Source: a virus
Lineage: Duplodnaviria > Caudoviricetes
DNA: 64,000 bases
Reading direction: 5' to 3' (one strand)
IMG/VR virus record: IMGVR_UViG_3300020120_000046
Coordinates: 720-64,719 of that record
Below, in pieces: positions 37,716-44,670 of the stretch; positions within the stretch are counted from its first letter, which is position 1; each line of letters opens with the position of its first letter. Under the pieces are notes generated by a model. The model was not told the origin of the DNA. It did no database searches and saw only the letters and a program-made list of their open reading frames with translations. The position numbers were made by a program, and so were the translations under genes.

Positions 37716-39370
37716 CTGAAACTCCAGACTCGCGCTCCGGCCTTCTTCACTTCTGCTTCCTTGCGTTCCTTGTACTGCTTTGACGCGAGGACGAGCCTCC
37801 GCGCGTGCCGGGAAATAATCATCGCCACGCAGCCGTCAATCTTCTTAGGACTCTTGGGTGATTCCTTGCCAATCGAGATTCCCCAGCGGTTCGGCCTCCG
37901 GCGTGAGTTCAGGACGTGCCGGCCCATTACTCCGTCGCCGTCGTGGCTAAAGGCCGGAGGTTCCGCCTCAATCTCTGACAGTACCATTTCTGCGGCCTGG
38001 GTAAACTCGCCCACGTGGCTCCGCATATCCCAGGCGACCGGCTGGGGGTCGCGTCCTCCGGGAACGGCCCATACGTCAAGCTCATACTCGTCCGTGAATA
38101 GCTTGCGCCAGAGAATCTTGGTCGTCTCTTCCCATTCCTTTACGTCCGCAAAGAACGCACAGATATGGAACCGCTTCTTTGCCTGCTCGACTGCCGCGAG
38201 TACCTCCTCAACCGGAATGTAGCGCGTTCCGCGCGGCTCCCAGATACCAAGGCTAAACGTCCATCCTGACTGAATGTGACATCCAATCAGGGCCGTAGCA
38301 TCCTCGACTCGCGAGCCGTCGAATCCAACCGCTATGTCGTCGCCGTCCTCAATGTAGAAATTCGGCTCCGCGAGCCGGGCCCATAGCTGCTGGGTCGTCC
38401 AGGCATCCTCCGGGCTCTCCGGCCAGTTCAGGTAAAACCGCTTGCTGACATCAAGTGGCGTAAGCGGGCTCAGAATCCGGTTGTCAACAATGTTCTCCGT
38501 ATTGACCCAGTGAGCGTCCCCGTAGGCGAATTCGACGGCCTTGCGTATTGAGCCGATATCCTCAAAGTCAACGTCAGGCGGTGCCACGCGGGCATCATAG
38601 AGGATCTTGCCCTTGCCCCGGAGCTTTCCCTCCTCCTGATCACACCAGGCCTCAAAGGTCGCCTCCGCTACGGATTCGGCTCCGGGCTCCCAGGCATTGC
38701 TCGTCTCGATAATCCGCGAGCCGGACTTACCCACATTCCGGTTCATTACCTCTGCGAGGTCTACGCCGCCATTCGTCGGGTAGAAGGATTCCGTCTGGTC
38801 CAGGATCGCAAATGTCGTTAGCGCGCCTTCCTCTGTGGTCGGACTGGAGGTAATTACCATTAGCTGGCCGCCACCCGGAATGTGGAAGATTGTCTTCCCG
38901 GCCTCAACGTCGTAATCCTTCAAAATTCTCGAGTTTTTCGGCAATAGCGCGCGGACCATCCGCATGGTATTGATATTGGCCTGGTCGTGCGAGGTCGCGC
39001 CAATCTGAACGAGCGGCATCCCGACCTTCCGGCCCACACAGCCGCCAATCACATCCGAGTCAAAGCGGGCGAGCCGGACCGGCGCGAGGAGTTCGATCAT
39101 GGAGAGGACAGCGGCGAACGGCGACTTACCGGCTCCCTTGGCCCAGCGCCGGACTCCGTGATAGTAAAGCCAGCGCCCGGATTCATCAAGCGCATACCAC
39201 CAGAGGATAAAGCGAACCTGAGATTCAATAAACGCCCAGCGCTTGCCCGCATTCGGGCCGTCCGGCTGCCTCAGGTATTTCGTGGCCCAGTGAATTCCCT
39301 CCCACCCCAGTGTCAATTCTGGGATTCCATCCGGGAGGGTAATCAGCCTATCCCTGGGCGCTACAAGCAC
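37712..39370 (-). CDS. terminase large subunit
   Basis: RRWAKGAGKSP Walker A, FAILDQTE Walker B variant, GFDGS and KIDG nuclease motifs. Confidence 0.92.
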   Translation of the reverse strand: MLVAPRDRLITLPDGIPELTLGWEGIHWATKYLRQPDGPNAGKRWAFIESQVRFILWWYALDESGRWLYYHGVRRWAKGAGKSPFAAVLSMIELLAPVRLARFDSDVIGGCVGRKVGMPLVQIGATSHDQANINTMRMVRALLPKNSRILKDYDVEAGKTIFHIPGGGQLMVITSSPTTEEGALTTFAILDQTESFYPTNGGVDLAEVMNRNVGKSGSRIIETSNAWEPGAESVAEATFEAWCDQEEGKLRGKGKILYDARVAPPDVDFEDIGSIRKAVEFAYGDAHWVNTENIVDNRILSPLTPLDVSKRFYLNWPESPEDAWTTQQLWARLAEPNFYIEDGDDIAVGFDGSRVEDATALIGCHIQSGWTFSLGIWEPRGTRYIPVEEVLAAVEQAKKRFHICAFFADVKEWEETTKILWRKLFTDEYELDVWAVPGGRDPQPVAWDMRSHVGEFTQAAEMVLSEIEAEPPAFSHDGDGVMGRHVLNSRRRPNRWGISIGKESPKSPKKIDGCVAMIISRHARRLVLASKQYKERKEAEVKKAGARVWSFS

Positions 39371-40641
39371 TAATACCTTCCCCTGACGTAACTCTGACGC
39401 TGCTGCCTTCTGACGCGGTTCGCTAGCTCCTGCGCTACGTCGCGGGGAATACTGACCTCGGAGCCGGACGGGACCTTGATTGTAATAACCCTGTCCTTAG
39501 AACCAAGATCCCGGAGGACCGAATCTAGGCGAGTCGCCACAAGGTCCTGCGGCGAGTAGCTAATGCCACTCTCGGCAAACTGAGACTCAACGCTCGCTAT
39601 CTTGGACTCCATACTTCCCGGAGCCGGGCGGCCGGCATTCGCCTGGGCCGTCCGCCGCGCGGCTAGCTCGCGCTCCGCGCCTTTCCAGTTGTAGCCTCGC
39701 CGGTCCACCATTCGCTTGAGGTCAGAATCGCTCATCTTCTGGAGCGCGGGCGAGGAGGATAGCGGCGGTGCGGCCCCACCGGCCAGATTGGGTCCGGAAG
39801 CTCCGCCCATCGGCTTGTCATAAACCTGCGTGCTGCCCTGCGGGAACCTTCGCTTGTTCTCTGCTTCAACGCGGGCTTTCTCGCCCGCGAGCATCCGGTC
39901 CATCAGCTCCTTTGTGGCGGCCTGGTTCCCTCCACGGCTCACCATATCGCGGAGCGCGGCTTCTGGCGTATTGGCGTATGGCCTCTCGTCTCCGGCCGGA
40001 GCCCCAGATGGGGCTTCCTTGTGAACCCGGAACTTGGCATTGTTGGATACCTCGTATTTGCCGCCCGCGTGATGAACATGAGTAGAGGCCGTATTGTAAA
40101 TGCCGTGGCTGGAGCGCACGCCTCCGCTCCGGCTCCCGGCTCCCGACTTCTCCAGCTTGGTGATCTCGTGAGGTCCTTTGGGAGCCTGCCAGTGGTCGGT
40201 GCTTACCGTCATTCCAGGCTTAAGCTCTCCGGCCCGGATTGAGCGGACGCTTGAGGATGCCCTGGCCGCGCTCGCCCGTTCCCTAGCGGCCTGGTTCTGG
40301 GCCTTGATCTCTGCCTGGCGGGCTCCGGGAGCGGCTGGAGCGCTCGCGCTATGCGAGTCGGAATGGACGGCCCTAGCGGCCTCCTCCGCGCTCGCATAGA
40401 CCTTTGTATCCCGCTTGCCCTTATCGCCCGTCTTGAGCTTGACACGGTATCTGCCGCCTTCGCTCGCCGGACGGTCTACCCAGTGGCCCTTGATATTCTT
40501 GCCGCCGCCCGGCTCAATCCCCTTGACCTTGGCGGTAACGGCCTCGTGCGCCATGCGGCTAAGGGCCTGGCCGCCTTTGGTCCATTTGCCAGAGTGGGGC
40601 TCGCGTAGCTCATGGCTTACGTCGTGACTAGCCATGGCCAT
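39370..40641 (-). CDS. large basic hypothetical protein between TerS and TerL
   Basis: 423 aa ORF; N-terminal HELREPHSGKWTKGG. Confidence 0.65.
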   Translation of the reverse strand: MAMASHDVSHELREPHSGKWTKGGQALSRMAHEAVTAKVKGIEPGGGKNIKGHWVDRPASEGGRYRVKLKTGDKGKRDTKVYASAEEAARAVHSDSHSASAPAAPGARQAEIKAQNQAARERASAARASSSVRSIRAGELKPGMTVSTDHWQAPKGPHEITKLEKSGAGSRSGGVRSSHGIYNTASTHVHHAGGKYEVSNNAKFRVHKEAPSGAPAGDERPYANTPEAALRDMVSRGGNQAATKELMDRMLAGEKARVEAENKRRFPQGSTQVYDKPMGGASGPNLAGGAAPPLSSSPALQKMSDSDLKRMVDRRGYNWKGAERELAARRTAQANAGRPAPGSMESKIASVESQFAESGISYSPQDLVATRLDSVLRDLGSKDRVITIKVPSGSEVSIPRDVAQELANRVRRQQRQSYVRGRY

Positions 40642-41128
40642 AGGCGGCCGGAGCCGCAGTAGTTGGCTTTCCGATCACGACCATTTCCTTTTTCTGCTGG
40701 GCCGTCAGGGTTGTAGACTTCTTTGTAGTGGTCTTCTTGTTGCTGTTCTTCTTATTGCCGGCCTTCTGATTCCCTACCTTCTTGAGGTATCCCTGCTTCC
40801 TCCGGCCTTCCGACTGCCCCCTAAGCGCAGCCGTTGTCTTTGGCCCCACAAGGCCATCGGTCTTTAGGCCATACCGGCGCTGGAGCGCCCGGACAGCCGC
40901 GAGCGTAGCCGGTCCGAACTGGCCGTCAACCGCGAGGTGAGCGCCCATCGCATTTAGCCGGGCCTGGAGGTCCTTGACCCGCTGGCTCCGCTCGCCCATC
41001 CCGACTGGGTTGGCATTCGTGGGAGTCGGCCGGGAGGCTCCGGCCTTGGCGCCACCTCCACCGCCTCCACCGCCCGGTGCGAACTGGCCTCCCTTGGCGC
41101 TTCCCTTGGGCTGATGCGTAACGGGCAC
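40628..41128 (-). CDS. peptidoglycan-binding domain (PG_binding_1) protein with no catalytic domain
   Basis: VKDLQARLN..G..L.VDG.FGPAT..AVRALQRRYGL..DGLVGPKT..AL; Lys-rich tail. Confidence 0.85.
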   Translation of the reverse strand: MPVTHQPKGSAKGGQFAPGGGGGGGGAKAGASRPTPTNANPVGMGERSQRVKDLQARLNAMGAHLAVDGQFGPATLAAVRALQRRYGLKTDGLVGPKTTAALRGQSEGRRKQGYLKKVGNQKAGNKKNSNKKTTTKKSTTLTAQQKKEMVVIGKPTTAAPAAYGHG

Positions 41129-41136
41129 GACTCCTC

Positions 41137-41433
41137 CTAGCCGGAGACAAAGGAACAGTAGGCCGTAATGTTCCCGGAGGCGAGCCTACTGACGTAGGCC
41201 CGCACATACTGGACCACTTCCTCGTCAACCGCAATCTGGCCGGAGCCGGTAACCTGGCCCATTCCAAAGAAGTTGACATTGTCGAGCGAGCCCTGGAGCA
41301 TAACCTGCGAGGCCGGGTCTGCTGTAGAGATTACCTGCATGGTAAGGCTCCGCGCCATTACCGCGAGGTCCTGTGAGGCGACGGCTCCGGTCACAGTCAC
41401 GCCGGTCGCGAGTGTCTTAGCCAGGATAGCCAC
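41137..41433 (-). CDS. small beta-rich virion-like protein
   Basis: VMLQGSLDNVNF...YVRAYV. Confidence 0.6.
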   Translation of the reverse strand: MAILAKTLATGVTVTGAVASQDLAVMARSLTMQVISTADPASQVMLQGSLDNVNFFGMGQVTGSGQIAVDEEVVQYVRAYVSRLASGNITAYCSFVSG

Positions 41434-41441
41434 GATCAGCC

Positions 41442-41945
41442 TCAGTAATAGGAGATTGTGGCAGAGACGGGCGGCGTGCCAGTCCCCAGGCTAATGACGT
41501 TGGCTCTGGCATACCTCCTCGTGTGGTTAGAGCCGGCATAGCACCAGGCTCCGAATGGGCCTCCGGTAACGCGGGCCTGCTCCGTCCAGGTTGTGCCGTC
41601 CGGGCTCGTCTCTAGGGCCACTACGGAGTCGTTAGCGGCCGACTGGGCCCGGAGCGAGAACTGCCGGTTTGTCTTGCCGGCTCCCGCGTCGGAGGTTGAG
41701 GCGACCGTCACAGAAACGGTGCCTGTAGCCGTCGCGTTGGCTGACATGGTAAAGCTGACACCTGGGTTCACGCCAATGATAGTGGACCCGGCCGGGATAC
41801 CCGTCCCACTAACTGGCTTGCCGGCATCATTGATGGTAATTGCGGCGTCAGTCACCACAGGGCTCGTATTGGTTGTGCCACAGCTCGCATCCACACGGGC
41901 TGCGGGCGCTCCGGTCGCGCTCGCGGCAAAGTTCCTGCTTGCCAT
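41442..41945 (-). CDS. beta-rich virion-like protein
   Basis: VSGTGIPAGSTI...TMSANAT repeat unit plus VALETSPDGTTW...YARANV domain. Confidence 0.65.
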   Translation of the reverse strand: MASRNFAASATGAPAARVDASCGTTNTSPVVTDAAITINDAGKPVSGTGIPAGSTIIGVNPGVSFTMSANATATGTVSVTVASTSDAGAGKTNRQFSLRAQSAANDSVVALETSPDGTTWTEQARVTGGPFGAWCYAGSNHTRRYARANVISLGTGTPPVSATISYY

Positions 41946-41957
41946 TTGATTCCTTTC

Positions 41958-42317
41958 CTATTTGACTAGCCTTAGCTGCCAGTCCTTGACAGCATTGTCT
42001 GCGGCGTCCTCGTCCGCGTCGGATACCTCCGGCCCTTCAAGCTCCAGGCCACTCCGTCGCCGGTCGGTAATGGTCGCGCCTAGCCGCTCCGACAGGCGCA
42101 CGAACTGGGACAGGATTCCCGGACTGTGGGTCCGCAGGAATATGTCATAAGCCTGAGCCGCCGCCACAGCTGTGGCCCAGTCGCTCGCCTCATAGTATGC
42201 CGACTGGCCGCTAAGCCCAAGCGAGTTATACCAGGATCGGGCCTGTGGCCTCCAGTCCGGCGAGGCTGTGGGTACTGGGCCGGTATAGGCCGACTTCTGC
42301 GATTCCTGCTTCTTCAT
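41958..42317 (-). CDS. terminase small subunit
   Basis: W.P.AR.WY.SL..SGQ..YY.ASDWA...LGAT..DRRR actinophage TerS pattern. Confidence 0.8.
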   Translation of the reverse strand: MKKQESQKSAYTGPVPTASPDWRPQARSWYNSLGLSGQSAYYEASDWATAVAAAQAYDIFLRTHSPGILSQFVRLSERLGATITDRRRSGLELEGPEVSDADEDAADNAVKDWQLRLVK

Positions 42318-42322
42318 CCGCG

Positions 42323-42502
42323 TCAGGCCCTTGGCGCGGCTGGGCCAGGGAAGGTCCAGGCCGCGAGCCCGGCCGCGATCGCAGCGACAGCGGCCCAGCC
42401 GAACCACGACGCGAGGCCGCCAACCCCAGAGTCGCGGAGCGCGGCCAGAAATCCCAGGATGGCCCCAATCAGGAATAGGACCCAGGCAAACTTGCTAGGC
42501 AT
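42323..42502 (-). CDS. small 2-TM membrane protein
   Basis: MPSKFAWVLFLIGAILGFLAAL...WAAVAAIAAGLAAW. Confidence 0.55.
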   Translation of the reverse strand: MPSKFAWVLFLIGAILGFLAALRDSGVGGLASWFGWAAVAAIAAGLAAWTFPGPAAPRA

Positions 42503-42920
42503 AATGACAGCCACCTTCCATGATAGAGCTGTATTGCGACCCATACGTAAAGGCCATTGATAGCGGGAAAGGCACAGACGATAAGGCATTCCTCAAGAAA
42601 GGACATAAATGACCTCCTCGTCTGCACATGAAACACCAGGAACAGCGCGCACTGGGCCAGAGCCTATGCGTCCCGGTCGCCATGATGTGCGCGGCGGGGG
42701 GTCCTCCCCCACCCCCGCTCGGGCCGGCCCGCTCCGGGTCCTCCGGCGCGCGGCTCGATGGCCATGGGCCGTCGCGAGGCCGGGCAAGGATGGCCTTAGG
42801 CAGCCAAGGGATTCCCTATAGCAAAGGGATTCCCTTATGTATCGCATTAGAGCGTCAAAGGAATGCCCCTGCTTATCATAGAGATGCCCTGCCCCTAGAG
42901 CATAGGGTCCTCCTGCTGCC

Positions 42921-43265
42921 CTACGCATTACGGCCTTCTATGACGCTCGCTTCTTTTTCCGGGAGCACGTATCCGGGATGCCTATCCGGAGCCCTATAGC
43001 GGAGGGAGCGGATACGCGAGCGCGCCGCATTTGCCTGACCGGAGGTACGTTTCTGGTGATGCGTTTGGCATATGCCCCGGAGTACCTCTAGCCTGTGGTC
43101 GGAGGGATCGCCCATATGATCGACCTCCGTCGAGTCCTGCCCGCAGGGTCCTTCCTCGCCCGGAAGGATTCCCCACCTACAGACCGGGTCACGGGCAATA
43201 ACCCGGTAGGCAATGCTGCCCCAGCCCGGAGGCAGGGGAATGGTACGCCTACCGGAATATGGCAA
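42921..43265 (-). CDS. HNH endonuclease (terminase-associated)
   Basis: RD..C.W......C...STEVDH....DH..E.LRGIC..HH..RT. Confidence 0.85.
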   Translation of the reverse strand: MPYSGRRTIPLPPGWGSIAYRVIARDPVCRWGILPGEEGPCGQDSTEVDHMGDPSDHRLEVLRGICQTHHQKRTSGQANAARSRIRSLRYRAPDRHPGYVLPEKEASVIEGRNA

Positions 43266-43303
43266 GACGGGCTCCGGCGAGAGTCCTGGACACGTTAACC
43301 CGG

Positions 43304-43309
43304 ATTATA
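43304..43309 (-). promoter_or_regulatory. -10 box TATAAT for the late operon
   Basis: GGCG-TATAAT 39 nt upstream of the HNH ATG. Confidence 0.55.
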
Positions 43310-43462
43310 CGCCATGGGCATCCGGCCGTAACTGACCATCTACTCCGCGTAGTCTTGAGAGTAAGCTAGGGACCGGCGAGGCCGGAACCCATCATCCGCG
43401 TCCGGTTGCGACCGGGTAGCGCTTAACGATGCGCTGGACTTCCGGTCTTGCCCTTCATACGC

Positions 43463-43468
43463 TATAAT
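43463..43468 (+). promoter_or_regulatory. -10 box TATAAT, divergent rightward promoter
   Basis: ACGC-TATAAT-TGAG directly upstream of a structured non-coding region. Confidence 0.55.
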
Positions 43469-43477
43469 TGAGCTAGT

Positions 43478-43730
43478 CCGGTTCCGTGAGGACCAGGGGA
43501 CGCTCCGGCCGTTAGGTTCGGCCGGATGCCGGGAAGCGTGAGCCGACCGGGTTGACCGTCCCGCGTAAGTGCCCCTGTTGTAGAGCCCTAGCGGGTGGGG
43601 GAGATACTCCTCACGGTTCCGGGCTCCGGAGGCCGCGACCCGCGACTAGAGGCAGCTAGCGGCCTCCGGCCCCACAGACGGGAAACCCGCTCCCAGCGCT
43701 GCGGCCGTTAGGGAGCGGGTTTCTCCATAG
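43478..43730 (+). ncRNA. candidate structured RNA / long 5' leader
   Basis: CCGG-TT-CCGTGAGGA pairs with TCCTCACGG-TT-CCGG (43484/43608); internal hairpin CCGGCCG/CGGCCGG; then GGAGGCCGC/GCGGCCTCC and GAAACCCGCTCCC/GGGAGCGGGTTTC; no ORF. Confidence 0.5.
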
Positions 43731-43738
43731 GAGGACTA

Positions 43739-43894
43739 ATGCGAGTTGCCTACCCGTTCCGCATAACGGACAAGTACATCTGGGCCTGGACTTTCCGCCG
43801 TGACGCATATGGAGGTCCCATTCTCCATACGCTCCGGCTCCGTCGCTTCCCGAACCGCATCATCCTGCTAGAGCACATAGAGCGGGAGGACTAA
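43739..43894 (+). CDS. small hypothetical protein (51 aa)
   Basis: AGGAGGACTA-ATG RBS; TAATG coupling. Confidence 0.6.
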   Translation: MRVAYPFRITDKYIWAWTFRRDAYGGPILHTLRLRRFPNRIILLEHIERED

Positions 43895-44127
43895 TGCCAC
43901 GGGTTCAGGCTGATTCGCCATTTATCAAGTGGACGGGCCAGGGGAAGCGGACCAGGACAATGGCCCCATCCGAGAATACACTCCGCGAGCGCAAGGCATC
44001 CACCCATGACGACTTGTGCGTTACGATCTCCGGCCTCAGCTATTGCTGGTGTAAATGTACGCAATGCTGGGACGCTCTAGCGCGCCATTGTATCTGCGTC
44101 GCCTGCCGGTGCCGTAGGACGCTCTAG
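43894..44127 (+). CDS. Cys-rich small protein
   Basis: CWCKCTQC...CICVACRC. Confidence 0.6.
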   Translation: MPRVQADSPFIKWTGQGKRTRTMAPSENTLRERKASTHDDLCVTISGLSYCWCKCTQCWDALARHCICVACRCRRTL

Positions 44128-44196
44128 CGCGAGCCCTAGGCCGGAGCCCGGCCGGAGCGCTCCGGGCCGTCTCCGGCCGTCTCCGTCGCGGGCAGG

Positions 44197-44475
44197 CTAT
44201 GGCATTCTCCGGCAGTCGTTTACCGCTCGCGTCATCTTGATGCGGATTTCCTTGCCGACCAGGAAGTCCGGGGCCAGTAGCACTGGGTCCAGTAGCAGCA
44301 GCATTGGCATCTTGGTCGCCGGAGTTAGCCCGGCCGTCGCGAGGTCCTCAAGCGTGTATGCGGGCTCGCCGTTTTCATTGAAGACCACTCCGGCCGCGAA
44401 GTCGAGTTTACATGATTCGTGTATGATAAGCCAGTCGAGATTCGCGAGGACTAGCCTTGTTTCGTCGCTTAGCAT
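44197..44475 (-). CDS. hypothetical protein
   Basis: AGGAAAGAG RBS; 92 aa. Confidence 0.6.
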   Translation of the reverse strand: MLSDETRLVLANLDWLIIHESCKLDFAAGVVFNENGEPAYTLEDLATAGLTPATKMPMLLLLDPVLLAPDFLVGKEIRIKMTRAVNDCRRMP

Positions 44476-44504
44476 TGCAACTCTTTCCTATAGGTAATTC
44501 GTGA

Positions 44505-44670
44505 CCTTTTCTGAGGGTATTTTCAGGGGGTATATTTTCAGGGGGTATATACCCCCTGACCCGCCCGATCGCCCTATATCTTAGGTATGTTTACCTTTAC
44601 TTTTATATATAGCAGGGCTCCGGAGGGACCGGCCCAGGGGGTATATATACCCCCTGGGCTTACCCCCTGG
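44505..44670. repeat. putative replication origin: CAGGGGGTATA iterons, two perfect palindromes and an AT-rich spacer
   Basis: TTTTCAGGGGGTATA x2 (44520, 44535); palindromes 44538-44559 (22 bp) and 44632-44659 (28 bp); abuts the primase-helicase 3' end. Confidence 0.65.

Noticed and set aside
17460-43265. Genome-wide stop-codon reassignment
   Set aside because: TGA and TAG end many genes at tight overlaps (2639, 26469, 37712, 28859), only two in-frame stops were found, and no suppressor tRNA is seen.
43470-43735. tRNA, tmRNA, group I intron or known riboswitch
   Set aside because: No cloverleaf or T-loop, no tag ORF; the GACTA/TAGTC pair is in the reverse order for P7; only superficial word matches to raiA or SAM-IV motifs.
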